Source: a virus
Direction: 5' to 3' (one strand)
IMG/VR virus record: IMGVR_UViG_3300021138_000019
Location: 1 to 64,000 of that record
Length of the DNA stretch: 64,000 nt
Shown here: positions 41,575 to 52,063 of the stretch, piece after piece
Layout: the number at the start of each line of letters is the position of its first letter
Position numbering within the stretch: the first letter of the stretch is position 1
Notes under the pieces: generated by a model
The model's input: only the letters and a program-made list of their open reading frames with translations
Databases searched by the model: none
What the model was told of the DNA's origin: nothing
Made by a program: the position numbers and the translations under genes

Positions 41575-42011
41575 TTGATTACAACGGTTTAAAAATAGGC
41601 TTCACATGTTCTTGTTTTGATTTGTTTCATGCCGGACATGTAATGATGTTGAAAGAGGCAAGAACACAATGCGACTATTTAATTGTAGGTCTACAATCTG
41701 ACCCTACCATTGATAGACCAGAAAAAAATAAACCGGTACAAACATTACTAGAACGGTATATTCAACTTGAAGGTTGCAAGTACGTGGATGAAATAGTTCC
41801 CTATTCCACCGAAAAAGAGTTGATGGACATCTTGACAAGTTACCCAATTGATGTTAGAATAATAGGAGAAGAGTACAGGGACAAGCAATTTACCGGTTTC
41901 AACCTATCAATGTCTGTGTACTTCAATTCAAGACAACACAGTTTCAGTACAACAGAACTAAGACAACGTGTATTAACAGCAAACACTAAATCATTACTAC
42001 CGACTAAATGA
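41571..42011 (+). CDS. Cytidylyltransferase (TagD/glycerol-3-phosphate cytidylyltransferase-like)
   Basis: FDLFHAGH (HxGH) and R.HSFSTTELR. Confidence 0.85.
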   Translation: MIDYNGLKIGFTCSCFDLFHAGHVMMLKEARTQCDYLIVGLQSDPTIDRPEKNKPVQTLLERYIQLEGCKYVDEIVPYSTEKELMDILTSYPIDVRIIGEEYRDKQFTGFNLSMSVYFNSRQHSFSTTELRQRVLTANTKSLLPTK

Positions 42012-42015
42012 AAAA

Positions 42016-42285
42016 ATGAAAGAACGTTGGAAATCCGGTAAATTAACTCCTGAAATTGTAAGAAAAAATGGGCAACATGGTTTAAAAGGTAAAGATATAC
42101 ATAATACTATTGACATTGAATACAAAGGTGTGATATACTACGGGTGGCGTGAACTTAAAGAAAAGACTAAAGTGACAAAACATTTATACAACAAATACTA
42201 TCTTAATGGTATTGATCCGGAATCTAGAATTGGTTCTAACGGACCAAACCCAAATAACATGAACTTTTTGAAAGGAGGTGTCTGA
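42016..42285 (+). CDS. Small basic protein, probable C-terminal DNA-binding remnant of a homing endonuclease
   Basis: IEYKGVIYYGWREL resembles NUMOD1-like DNA-binding modules. No nuclease motif present. Confidence 0.4.
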   Translation: MKERWKSGKLTPEIVRKNGQHGLKGKDIHNTIDIEYKGVIYYGWRELKEKTKVTKHLYNKYYLNGIDPESRIGSNGPNPNNMNFLKGGV

Positions 42286-42286
42286 A

Positions 42287-43361
42287 ATGAAAGTAGCTAT
42301 CATAACGGACCAGCATTTTCGGTGTTAGAAACGATTCTCCTCAATTTTTGGATTATTATGAAAAATTTTACAGAGATATTTTTTTTCCTAGCCTCGATGG
42401 TGATTCTATATCTACTGTTTTGGTTCTTGGGGATACATTTGACAGGCGTAAATATATAAATTTTAATACTTTGAAACGTACTAGAGAAATGTTTTTCGAT
42501 GAATTACTTGCCAGAAATATCAATGTCATAATGTTAGCTGGTAATCATGATACATTTTTTAAAAATACTAATGATGTAAATTCTATTGATTTGTTATTGA
42601 ATGATTACTCTAATATTACAATCATAGATCATCCAACTGAAATCACTGTTGGTGAATATAAAGTCTGTATGCTACCATGGATATGTGCGGACAATTATCA
42701 AGATAGCATGGATGTAATTAAACAAAGTAAGGCAAATATTTGCATGGGGCATTTAGAGATTGCTGGTTTTGCAATGTATCGTGGTATGCATTCTGATGAA
42801 GGATTAGATCGTGAACTTTTTAACAAATTTGAATATACTTTTTCCGGCCATTATCATCATAAACATAATTTTGGCAACATTTATTACCTCGGAAATCCAT
42901 ATGAACTCACATGGCAGGATTATTCTGATCCTCGGGGTTTTCATATTTTTGATTTCAACACTATGGATGAACCAAGGTTTATAGCAAATCCTAACAACAT
43001 GTTTCTTAAAATTATGTATGATGATAAAGCTGAAACAGTTATTGAAATAAACGCAAAAGATTTATCAAAATATACCAATACACATGTTAAAGTGGTTGTA
43101 ATTAATAAAACAAATCCTTACTTATTTGAAAAATTTGTAAATCGGTTATACCAGTCTAACCCGGCCGATGTTTCTATCGCAGAAGATTTTTCAGAGTTGA
43201 CAGAAGATTTAAATTCTGATATAATAGATCAAGCTGATGATACTTTGTCAATTCTAAGTAAGTATGTTGATACTATCAAAGAAGATCACATTGACAACAA
43301 CAAACTTAAAAATATTTTCAAAGAACTATACGTAGAAGCATTGAATCCTGATACAGAATGA
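42287..43361 (+). CDS. gp47: Recombination endonuclease gp47 (Mre11/SbcD-like), with a +1 frame break at codon 11-12
   Basis: SD AAGGAGG then ATG 42287 gives MKVAIITDQHF. The +1 frame continues GVRNDS..GDTFDRR..GNHD..SGHYH. Confidence 0.9.
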
Positions 43362-45070
43362 TATTATTTAAAAAAATAAAATGGCGTAATTTTTTAAGTA
43401 CCGGCGCACATTTCACAGAAATTGATTTTACCAAATCTACAAATACATTGATTATTGGGCATAATGGGGCTGGAAAATCCACAATATTAGATGCGTTATG
43501 TTTTGTATTATTTAATAAGCCTTATCGTAAAATAAACAAAACACAGATTCCCAATTCTATTAACAATTCAGATTGCATTGTAGAAATAGAATTTGAAATT
43601 GGTTCTAAAAAATATAAAGTTATACGAGGTATCAAACCTAATACGTTTGAGATTTTCTGTAATGGGGTTTTGTTGAACCAAGATGCGAAAGCAAAAGACT
43701 ATCAGGAACACTTAGAGAAGTTTATTCTCAAATTAAATTATAAGTCCTTTACGCAAGTAGTCATCCTTGGTTCGGCATCTTTTATACCGTTCATGCAGTT
43801 AGAAACAAAAGACCGCAGAACGATTATTGAAGACTTGTTAGATATTGAAATTTTTTCTGAAATGAATGTTATTCTTGCCGACAAATTAAAAATTGTAAAA
43901 AACAATCTAATACAAAATATAAGCGACAGAAAACTCAAAACTGAATTAATTAAAACTAATGAAGGTTTCATTGAACAACAAAAACAATCACATGCAGAAG
44001 AGATTGAAACAAAAAGAAAAGAAATTGAAGAGTCCTCAAATATCATTGAGAAGTTACAATGCGATATTAAACTTATTAATAAGCATATTGCGGTGTTACA
44101 ATCTAAAATACAAGACAAGGAATCAGTTGAAGATAAGACAAAAAAACTTTTTCAACTTGAGGCGAAAATTGAGTCCAACATAAAAAAAATCAATAAGGAT
44201 ATTGAGTTCTATGAAAAAAACGACCACTGCCCAACCTGTAGACAATCAATCGAATCAGGATTCAAAACAACACAAGTATCCGAACGTCAAAGTAAAGTCG
44301 ATGTTCAACAAAAGGGCCTTAAAGAAATTACAGAGGAAATTAACAAACGAAACGAACGATTAACAGAGATTTTTAATATTGTTAAACATATAAACGCACA
44401 TAATAATGAAGTTATAACACATAATTCAACTGTATCGGCAACTCAAAAATACGTAACAAAGTTGTTGAAAGAGATTGATGAGTTATCTATTAAAAGAGAT
44501 ACCCTAACAGAAGAAGCCGGTATAAAAAAACTAAGAACTGAGTTAAACTCTTTACAATTAGATCATGAAGAACTTCACAAAACAAAACAATATTATGATT
44601 TTGCATCGACATTATTGAAAGATACTGGTATTAAAACTAAGATAGTTCGTCAGTATTTACCAGTTATGAATAAGTTAATCAATAAGTATTTGACTGCAAT
44701 GGACTTCTTTGTTAATTTTAATATCGATGAAAATTTTGAAGAGACAATTAAATCAAGACACCGTGATGAATTTAGTTATTCTAATTTTTCAGAAGGCGAA
44801 AAACTTAGAATTGATTTGGCATTATTATTTACCTGGCGAGAAATTGCTAAAATGAAAAATTCTACAAATACCAATCTACTAATATTAGATGAAGTATTTG
44901 ATTCTAGTCTTGACATTGCCGGCACAGAAGAGTTTTTAAAATTACTCAATCAACTTGGTACTGATACTAACTTGTTTGTAATTTCACATAAGGGTGACCA
45001 ACTATTTGACAAATTCCGGTCAGTAATTAAATTTGAGAAAAAAACCAATTTCAGTAGGATCGTAAAATGA
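43358..45070 (+). CDS. gp46: Recombination ATPase gp46 (Rad50/SbcC-like)
   Basis: G.NGAGKST, CPTC zinc hook, FSEGEK, LDEVFD. Confidence 0.96.
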   Translation: MILFKKIKWRNFLSTGAHFTEIDFTKSTNTLIIGHNGAGKSTILDALCFVLFNKPYRKINKTQIPNSINNSDCIVEIEFEIGSKKYKVIRGIKPNTFEIFCNGVLLNQDAKAKDYQEHLEKFILKLNYKSFTQVVILGSASFIPFMQLETKDRRTIIEDLLDIEIFSEMNVILADKLKIVKNNLIQNISDRKLKTELIKTNEGFIEQQKQSHAEEIETKRKEIEESSNIIEKLQCDIKLINKHIAVLQSKIQDKESVEDKTKKLFQLEAKIESNIKKINKDIEFYEKNDHCPTCRQSIESGFKTTQVSERQSKVDVQQKGLKEITEEINKRNERLTEIFNIVKHINAHNNEVITHNSTVSATQKYVTKLLKEIDELSIKRDTLTEEAGIKKLRTELNSLQLDHEELHKTKQYYDFASTLLKDTGIKTKIVRQYLPVMNKLINKYLTAMDFFVNFNIDENFEETIKSRHRDEFSYSNFSEGEKLRIDLALLFTWREIAKMKNSTNTNLLILDEVFDSSLDIAGTEEFLKLLNQLGTDTNLFVISHKGDQLFDKFRSVIKFEKKTNFSRIVK

Positions 45071-45708
45071 GTGAATTTAAATTAATAATTGAAGAAGATA
45101 AACCAGCTAAAGTTAATACCAAAGCTGATGATGTTATTAGTTTTGATACAAGTAAGGCACTTGAGATTAAAACCGAAAAACCGAAAAATATAATTCCTCT
45201 AGTGCCTGAGTATCACTCAATATTAAGAGAAGTGATGCCCGAGTTTGATTTTTCAAAACCACCTGTAAATCCAAATGAACTTGCATCTGCACTCGTAGAT
45301 ACTTGTATTCAAAGTAAAGGTTACGGGTTATCTGCAAATCAATGCGGACTTAAATATCGTGTATTTGTAATGGGTGCCGGTGATGAATATGTTGCGTTCT
45401 TTAACCCAAAATTACTGGCAACACGAGGTGAAATTCATATGGAAGAAGCCTGTTTATCTTTTCCTTTATTAAATCTTTTTGTTACGAGAGCGGCAGAAAT
45501 AGATGTTGAGTACCAAGACTTTAACGGACTGGTAAAGACCGCAACTTTTAACGGTATAAGTGCAAGATGTTGGTTGCATGAGCTTGACCACATGAACGGA
45601 ATAGTGTATACTGATATTGTAAAACCTTTAGCCTTACAACAAGGATACAAAAGACGTATGAAAACTTTAGGTAAATTAGGATACAAATTTAAAAAGATTA
45701 AAAAATGA
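45067..45708 (+). CDS. def: Peptide deformylase
   Basis: G.GLSANQ, E.CLS, HELDH. Confidence 0.92.
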   Translation: MSEFKLIIEEDKPAKVNTKADDVISFDTSKALEIKTEKPKNIIPLVPEYHSILREVMPEFDFSKPPVNPNELASALVDTCIQSKGYGLSANQCGLKYRVFVMGAGDEYVAFFNPKLLATRGEIHMEEACLSFPLLNLFVTRAAEIDVEYQDFNGLVKTATFNGISARCWLHELDHMNGIVYTDIVKPLALQQGYKRRMKTLGKLGYKFKKIKK

Positions 45709-47285
45709 CACAATATTATTATGAAAAGAATCAAAAACTACTTGATTCAAGTGTGAATGTGACGTTTGACGAAATACTAAAAATGACTACTGACGAGTTT
45801 CGTCAATGGGTAATTGATTTGCGTAAAACTGTAGTAGACTTGTGGGACAATGAAAACTTACCTCCTAGAGTCGGTTACAACAAAAAAGAAATTATTGGTC
45901 AATTTGCCGATATGCCATCATTTCCGGTTCACAAATTCTTAGTTAAAGATGAGCTAACAGGTGAAAGAGATGTCATCAGAAACACAAGCAACATAGGTAA
46001 TGCAGTTAATCAATGGTTTCCTACCATGATGAAGACTCGTATTAATTATTCTAAAAATGATGATGGTAAATCAATATACGATTATTTTGCCAAACCTGAA
46101 TTGTTAGAAACTTTTGTGACGTATGCATCGAGACATTTCAAACGTGATTCATTCTATCATTACTCTCTTGTCGTAAAATCGAACAATACAGAATACGTTA
46201 ACAGTCTACCTGTTAGTGAATCTGGTAAAGAATGGATTCAACAATTTGAAAATACTTTTAGAAAACAAGGTAAATATGACTATTGGCTACAATCAAAAGA
46301 TATATCTGCCGAATATGATGGTTATAGTGAAGAACTCAAAAATACAAAGTACCTCACAGTAAGCAAGGTAGATATTGAAAGTCTTGGTGATATTATACCA
46401 GAACTTTGCAAGTCAAATTTAAATTTCGATAAATCTGAACATGCTGTAATTAGATTCTATGAACACGGTCAGAAACTCTTTCCAATAGGTCTAAAAGCAT
46501 TTAGAGTATCTTTCTGTCAGTATGCAGTTAACTTCCCGCCATTGACAGCCAAGTACTTGTATGAGCGTTTTACAGAGTCATTTAAAGACCAAGATTTAAT
46601 TAAAATCTATGACCCATCATCAGGATGGGGCGGCAGACTTCTTGGTGCAATGAGTGTGAAAGATGATAGAAAAGTTCTTTACATAGGCACAGATCCAAAT
46701 ACAGATCACACAACAACAATTGGTAGAACTAAGTATGATGAGATTGCAGACTTCTACCGTAAGAATGTTAGGAAAGGTGGATTGTTTGCTCATACAGTAC
46801 AACAAACTAAGACCGAAATATATCAGCTAGGCTCAGAAGTTATACAATTTAATGAAAACTTTCAAAAGCATAAAGGTACAATCGATTTAATCTTTACCTC
46901 ACCACCATATTTTGCTAAAGAGGCTTATTCAGAAGACCCTGAACAGTCATACAAAAAGTTTGGTCAATATGATGCGTGGCGAGAAGGATTTCTACGACCG
47001 ACATTAGAAACAGCAGTCGAGTGGTTAAAGAATGATAGATATCTTTTGTGGAATATTGCAGATGCAGTATTTGGTGGTGATATGTTACCGCTTGAAAAAG
47101 ATAGCCAAAATATTTTAGAATCGTTGGGTATGGTATATAAAGGCAAGTTAAAAATGTCTTTAGCACAGATGCCAGGTGGTAATCGTGTTGATTCTGAAAC
47201 AGGACTACCAAAAGCAAAAAATTTCTGTAAAGTAAATGGCTTATGGTTAAAATACGAACCGGTATTTGTTTTCTATAAACCGTAA
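45705..47285 (+). CDS. Amino-DNA methyltransferase-like protein (N4-C/N6-A)
   Basis: SAM-binding YDPSSGWGGR and catalytic FTSPPY. Confidence 0.75.
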   Translation: MTQYYYEKNQKLLDSSVNVTFDEILKMTTDEFRQWVIDLRKTVVDLWDNENLPPRVGYNKKEIIGQFADMPSFPVHKFLVKDELTGERDVIRNTSNIGNAVNQWFPTMMKTRINYSKNDDGKSIYDYFAKPELLETFVTYASRHFKRDSFYHYSLVVKSNNTEYVNSLPVSESGKEWIQQFENTFRKQGKYDYWLQSKDISAEYDGYSEELKNTKYLTVSKVDIESLGDIIPELCKSNLNFDKSEHAVIRFYEHGQKLFPIGLKAFRVSFCQYAVNFPPLTAKYLYERFTESFKDQDLIKIYDPSSGWGGRLLGAMSVKDDRKVLYIGTDPNTDHTTTIGRTKYDEIADFYRKNVRKGGLFAHTVQQTKTEIYQLGSEVIQFNENFQKHKGTIDLIFTSPPYFAKEAYSEDPEQSYKKFGQYDAWREGFLRPTLETAVEWLKNDRYLLWNIADAVFGGDMLPLEKDSQNILESLGMVYKGKLKMSLAQMPGGNRVDSETGLPKAKNFCKVNGLWLKYEPVFVFYKP

Positions 47286-47302
47286 GTATGCCGCAGAAAT
47301 TG

Positions 47303-47331
47303 TTGACTATTGTATTAAATAGTAGTATAAT
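47303..47331 (+). promoter_or_regulatory. Sigma70-type promoter
   Basis: TTGACT-N17-TATAAT. Confidence 0.7.
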
Positions 47332-47383
47332 AGTCTTACTCAAGTGATTGAGGTTTTTTATTAATTTATTTAAGGAGTTTATT

Positions 47384-47671
47384 TTGACTATATTATCTGC
47401 AAAACAAAAAATGTTAAAAGCATTGAAAGAAAATCAAACATTTACAGTTTCACAAGCGAGATCACGTTTTGGTGTTACAAATGTACCAGCTCGAATTGAA
47501 GAGTTGCGTAAAGAAGGTCATTGTATCTACACAGGTAGACGCCGCAATAGCGAAGGTAAACGGATTAATTATTACACAATGGGACCTGCAACAAAGTCTT
47601 TAGTTCAGTATGCATTGGCGGCTGGATATTCATTCGGACGCCGCAACAACGGTAATCCATTATCGGTTTAA
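47384..47671 (+). CDS. Winged helix-turn-helix DNA-binding protein
   Basis: SD AAGGAG then TTG 47384. T..QARSRFGV.NV.ARI.ELR.EG..I pattern. Confidence 0.7.
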   Translation: MTILSAKQKMLKALKENQTFTVSQARSRFGVTNVPARIEELRKEGHCIYTGRRRNSEGKRINYYTMGPATKSLVQYALAAGYSFGRRNNGNPLSV

Positions 47672-47678
47672 GTTCATG

Positions 47679-47702
47679 GGGTACCTTCGGGTACCCTTTT
47701 TT
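47679..47702 (+). terminator. Intrinsic terminator with cUUCGg tetraloop
   Basis: gggtacc-ttcg-ggtaccc followed by T6. Confidence 0.85.
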
Positions 47703-47718
47703 ATTATTTGGAGAGTAA

Positions 47719-48516
47719 ATGGAAATTTCAATTAAAAAAGAAGAGCTACAAAAGAAAAGTCTATTTGTAGCCACCCCAATGTATGGTGGTCAAAATCATG
47801 GTTTGTATGCTAAAGCCTGTTTAGATTTACAAGCAATTTGTATGCAGTACGGAATTAGAATTAAGTTTTCATTCCTCTTCAATGAATCTTTGATTACTCG
47901 TGCAAGAAATTATCTTGTTGACGAATTCTTAAATCGTTCAGATTGCACTCATCTATTATTCTTAGATGCCGATATTCACTTTAATCCTCAAGATGTTATC
48001 GCAATGTTAGCATTGGATAAAGAAGTTATTGGTGCACCATATCCTAAGAAAGCTATAAAATGGCGTTCTGTTAAAAAGGCGATGGAAAGAAATCCCGATA
48101 TTGAACCGCACTTGCTTGAAACTGTAACCGGTGACTATGTGTTTAATCCTGTTAAAGGTACCGCACAATTTAACGTGACAGAACCTTTAGAAGTTATGGA
48201 AATTGGTACAGGCTTTATGATGGTTCAACGTGAAGTATTTCCTAAATGGGAACTTGCTTATCCAGAATATCGCTACAAACCAGATCACGTTGGGCAGGCG
48301 CACTTTGATGGCACACGATACATACATGCATATTTTGATACGGTTATTGATAAAGTATCTGAGCGTTACTTATCAGAAGATTATATGTTCTGTCAATGGT
48401 GGAGAAACATTGGAGGTAAAATCTTCTTGTGTCCATGGATGAAAACAGACCATATAGGTACCTATCACTTTAAAGGTGATATGCCGGCAGTTGCCAACTT
48501 TGTTGGAGAACTCTGA
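47719..48516 (+). CDS. Glycosyltransferase-like protein (GT-A fold)
   Basis: ATPMYGG, NESLITRARN, FLDADI (DxD), GTGFM, LSEDY.FC. Confidence 0.7.
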   Translation: MEISIKKEELQKKSLFVATPMYGGQNHGLYAKACLDLQAICMQYGIRIKFSFLFNESLITRARNYLVDEFLNRSDCTHLLFLDADIHFNPQDVIAMLALDKEVIGAPYPKKAIKWRSVKKAMERNPDIEPHLLETVTGDYVFNPVKGTAQFNVTEPLEVMEIGTGFMMVQREVFPKWELAYPEYRYKPDHVGQAHFDGTRYIHAYFDTVIDKVSERYLSEDYMFCQWWRNIGGKIFLCPWMKTDHIGTYHFKGDMPAVANFVGEL

Positions 48517-48911
48517 TGACTAAGGCCGACATAGTAAAAGCATCACAAAATGCAACAACTGGCGGCCGTAAGTTTGATGGTGACAAACTAGAATATGGTT
48601 TGTTACCACCTCTTGCTTTAAAGGAAGTCACAAAAGTCTTAACATTTGGTGCTCAGAAATACGAAAGAGATAACTGGAAACATGTCCCAGATTCTAAACG
48701 TAGATATTTTGATGCCGCACAACGGCATCTGTGGGCATGGAAAGAGGGGGAACAAAACGATCCCGAAACAAGTATGAATCATCTTGCACACGCATTGTGT
48801 TGCCTGATGTTTTTATATGAGCATGATGTTGTTTATTCTGTTGAAGAAAAGAGAATAGATTACCTTGCAAATAAAGCTAAAAAAGCATATAATGATAATG
48901 TACATATATAA
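48516..48911 (+). CDS. dATP/dGTP diphosphohydrolase-domain protein (DUF5664-like)
   Basis: K.D.DK....LLP, VLTFGA.KY..DNW, A.RHL.AW..GE..DPE....HLAHA.CC..FL. Confidence 0.8.
   Translation: MTKADIVKASQNATTGGRKFDGDKLEYGLLPPLALKEVTKVLTFGAQKYERDNWKHVPDSKRRYFDAAQRHLWAWKEGEQNDPETSMNHLAHALCCLMFLYEHDVVYSVEEKRIDYLANKAKKAYNDNVHI
48865..48893 (+). promoter_or_regulatory. Sigma70-type promoter for gp45
   Basis: TTGCAA-N17-TATAAT. Confidence 0.55.
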
Positions 48912-48922
48912 TGGAGAAAAGA

Positions 48923-49582
48923 ATGAAATTATCGAATGAAACAATCGATACCTTAAAGCATTTTGCTGGTATCAATCAGAACATAGAGTTCAAAAAAGGT
49001 AAAGTTCTAAAAACAGTTTCACCTTTGAAGAACATTTTAGTTAAAACAACAGTCAAAGATGATTTTCCTGAAGATTTTTGTATCTATGATTTGAATCAAT
49101 TTCTTACAGTACATACACTTTATAAAGATACTGAAATCGATTTCAAAGGTAATGATATTGTTTTTAAAAGTCCTGGTGCAAAAAGCAAGATTAATTATCG
49201 CAAAGCCGCAAAGAACAATATCGTTTGTGCACCTGATGGCGACCTAGAAATTGATGAGCCTCTTGCAGAATTTGTTCTGACTGAAGATGTTATTAATTCT
49301 TTGTTAAAGAGTGCCCATGTGTTGCAACATCCTGATGCGACTATTGAATCTGACGGTACAAAATTATATGCAACATCTTTTGAATCTAAGAATGATGCAT
49401 CACATATCAACAAGATTGAAATCGGTGACTATGATGGTGAATCTTTCAAAGCAGAATTCAAAGTTGAAAATCTTAAATTAATTCCTGGTACATATAACGT
49501 AATTTTTAGCGAAAACTTTGCCCAATTTACAAATCAGAAAGTTGATTTGATTTATTGGATTACACTTGAATCTTGGGAATAA
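48923..49582 (+). CDS. gp45: Sliding clamp gp45
   Basis: MKLS.ET...LK.FA.IN, F.IYDLN.FL, ENLK.IPG.Y, YWI.LE. Confidence 0.93.
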   Translation: MKLSNETIDTLKHFAGINQNIEFKKGKVLKTVSPLKNILVKTTVKDDFPEDFCIYDLNQFLTVHTLYKDTEIDFKGNDIVFKSPGAKSKINYRKAAKNNIVCAPDGDLEIDEPLAEFVLTEDVINSLLKSAHVLQHPDATIESDGTKLYATSFESKNDASHINKIEIGDYDGESFKAEFKVENLKLIPGTYNVIFSENFAQFTNQKVDLIYWITLESWE

Positions 49583-49584
49583 TT

Positions 49585-49863
49585 ATGACTTTAAAAGTAA
49601 ATACCTTATACGGCACATTTGATGAAGAACAACTTAAAGAACTAAAGGGTAGTGTTGAAGAGATTGTTGTTTGTCTAACTAGAATTCAAGCACAGAATGA
49701 ATCTATCAGAGATATTGTTGACTTGACATTCGACCACTTAAAGATACCTAAGAAAATCATTAAGAAAATGGCAAAAGCAAAATTCAAACAAAACTTTCAA
49801 GCAGAAGTTGCAGAGAATACTGAGTTTGAAAATCTTTATGGTACATTGCAAGATATCAAATAA
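49585..49863 (+). CDS. T4 DsbA-like double-stranded DNA-binding protein
   Basis: Helical 92 aa; I.KK.I.KMAK...KQNF..E..E..EFE.LY pattern. Confidence 0.55.
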   Translation: MTLKVNTLYGTFDEEQLKELKGSVEEIVVCLTRIQAQNESIRDIVDLTFDHLKIPKKIIKKMAKAKFKQNFQAEVAENTEFENLYGTLQDIK

Positions 49864-49927
49864 TTCATACAATCTTGCATATAGCACTTGATGCTAAATT
49901 TTTTATATTATATTATGGAGTATTTGA

Positions 49928-50863
49928 ATGAAAGACCACATGTTATGGGTAGAGAAGTATCGCCCACATAAAATTGAAGATTGTATCCTACATCCTTCAA
50001 TCAAAGAAACGTTTCAACAATACGTAAAAGATGGTAAGATACCTAACTTGCTACTTGCTGGCGGTCCTGGTATTGGTAAAACAACTGTTGCAAAAGCCTT
50101 GTGTGATGAAGTTGGTTGCGATTATCTAGTAATCAATGGGTCAGATGAATCCGGTATAGATACGTTTAGAATCAAAATTAAACAGTATGCATCATCGATG
50201 AGTTTTGGGGGTGGACGTAAGGTTATCATTATAGATGAGGCTGACTATCTAAACCCAAATTCAACCCAACCAGCGTTGCGTGGTGCAATGGAAGAGTTCT
50301 CTAAGAATTGTTCGTTCATCTTTACTTGTAACTACAAGAACCGTATCATTGCACCGTTACATTCTAGGTGTGCAGTAGTCGATTTTAAGACTAACGGCTC
50401 TAAGAAAGAACTAGCAACACAATTCTTTAAACGTGTTGAGTATATTCTCAATGAAGAAAACATCACATTTAAGAAACCTGTTGTTGCCGCACTAGTAGCA
50501 AAATACTTTCCAGATAATCGTAGAATTCTTAATGAATTGCAAAGATATTCTGCTGGCGGTACAATTGATGAAGGTATTTTATCGTCTGTAGGAGAACTTC
50601 AATTAGGTGAATTAGTCAAATCATTTAAAGAAAAGGACTTTTCTGGCGTTCGTAAATGGGTTATTAACAATCTTGATAACGACCCAACTCGTATCTTTAG
50701 AACAATCTATGACACCTTGTATGACGAATTAAAACCTAATTCTGTACCGGAACTCGTTTTAATTCTTGCAAAATATCAATATCAAGCGGCATTCGTTGCA
50801 GACCATGAGATTAATCTTATGGCTTGTTTTACTGAAATTATGATTAACATGGAATTTAAATAA
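49928..50863 (+). CDS. gp44: Clamp loader ATPase gp44
   Basis: LWVEKYRP, GPGIGKTT, IIDEAD, SRC. Confidence 0.96.
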   Translation: MKDHMLWVEKYRPHKIEDCILHPSIKETFQQYVKDGKIPNLLLAGGPGIGKTTVAKALCDEVGCDYLVINGSDESGIDTFRIKIKQYASSMSFGGGRKVIIIDEADYLNPNSTQPALRGAMEEFSKNCSFIFTCNYKNRIIAPLHSRCAVVDFKTNGSKKELATQFFKRVEYILNEENITFKKPVVAALVAKYFPDNRRILNELQRYSAGGTIDEGILSSVGELQLGELVKSFKEKDFSGVRKWVINNLDNDPTRIFRTIYDTLYDELKPNSVPELVLILAKYQYQAAFVADHEINLMACFTEIMINMEFK

Positions 50864-50875
50864 AAGGAATATAAC

Positions 50876-52018
50876 ATGGTGCAATTAACATCCAAATTTA
50901 AAAAAGAACTAGCAATTTCTGAAGAGCCAATAAAAGAATTGAAAATTATTGGTAAATATACTTATCAAAAAACAATAGATACTGAATTTTGGTTATCTAT
51001 GGAAGTAACTCCAGTTCAAAGAAATACTGAAGAAAGACTTAAGAAACCAGAAATACTTGAAAATTTAAGTACTCTTCATCCATGCCATTTGCATGTTGCG
51101 GTGGGCATTTTAACAAAAAATTCAGAATATCTAGGAACAAAATATAACAAAGGTCAAGTTTTTCTAATAGATGGGTGCACAAGGCAATTAGCACAACACC
51201 GTGGACTCGTTGATGCACGACCTGAACATATGTATGCTTCAGTTTATGAAGTTGACACCATAGAAAAAATGGAAGACATTTATCGTAAATATGATAATAA
51301 AATAGCAGTTGAAACCACTCAAGACACAGCAAGCGGTATTTTAAGAGCAATTGGTTACGAAGCAAAGAGTAGTAAAATTAAAAATGGTAAATTTATATCT
51401 GCTCTTAAAGTCGTTAATGATATTTACTTTGAAATAAAAAAACCATTAAACAAGGATCATACATTAAGAGATGCAATTGTTGAATTTATCAATGAATTTG
51501 CGATTGTTGACAATATTATATCCATTAAGAAGAAGGTTTGGGAAGGTGACCATGGTCTTCTAGCCGCCGCTCTAATGGCATATAGAACATATGCAAATAC
51601 CGACAAGAGAGACAAAGTAGATCAGTTTTTTACAGATATCACTCTTGGGAATTCCGGTGTTTGTGTAAAAGGCGTAACAGACGGTATTACTTTTGCTATC
51701 AAAGAACTTGAAACAAACAAAGAAATTCCAAAAACTTCCGGTGAATGGAACAAAGGCGAAACAATAAAAAAGAGAATTTCTCATATATTGTATTGCTTAG
51801 AACAACATTTAAAAGATAAGAAGTTTAAACAACTTGGTGGTGGTTGGGAAAAAGTTGCAAAAGAATGGTTCTCAAAGCAAGACGCTATAGTACGAAATGT
51901 TCATTTGAACACTAATATGGCAGCATTGTTTAACCTACAAACTGAAGATGCTGAGTCTAAAAGAGCAAAAAATTTAGTTCAATTTATAAAGGACAAATCA
52001 AAAAAGAATTCAGTCTGA
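50876..52018 (+). CDS. Hypothetical protein inserted between gp44 and gp62 (ParB/DGQHR-like N-terminus)
   Basis: PVQR and FLIDGCTR resemble the ParB-like IDGxHR motif. Confidence 0.5.
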   Translation: MVQLTSKFKKELAISEEPIKELKIIGKYTYQKTIDTEFWLSMEVTPVQRNTEERLKKPEILENLSTLHPCHLHVAVGILTKNSEYLGTKYNKGQVFLIDGCTRQLAQHRGLVDARPEHMYASVYEVDTIEKMEDIYRKYDNKIAVETTQDTASGILRAIGYEAKSSKIKNGKFISALKVVNDIYFEIKKPLNKDHTLRDAIVEFINEFAIVDNIISIKKKVWEGDHGLLAAALMAYRTYANTDKRDKVDQFFTDITLGNSGVCVKGVTDGITFAIKELETNKEIPKTSGEWNKGETIKKRISHILYCLEQHLKDKKFKQLGGGWEKVAKEWFSKQDAIVRNVHLNTNMAALFNLQTEDAESKRAKNLVQFIKDKSKKNSV

Positions 52019-52063
52019 AGATTACATTTGTTGAAAATAAAAAATATATTATGAGGTTTTGAA

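Noticed and set aside
42348-43361. gp47 starting at TTG 42348 as given in the ORF track
   Set aside because: It lacks an SD and omits the essential N-terminal DxH motif, which is encoded from ATG 42287 in another frame.
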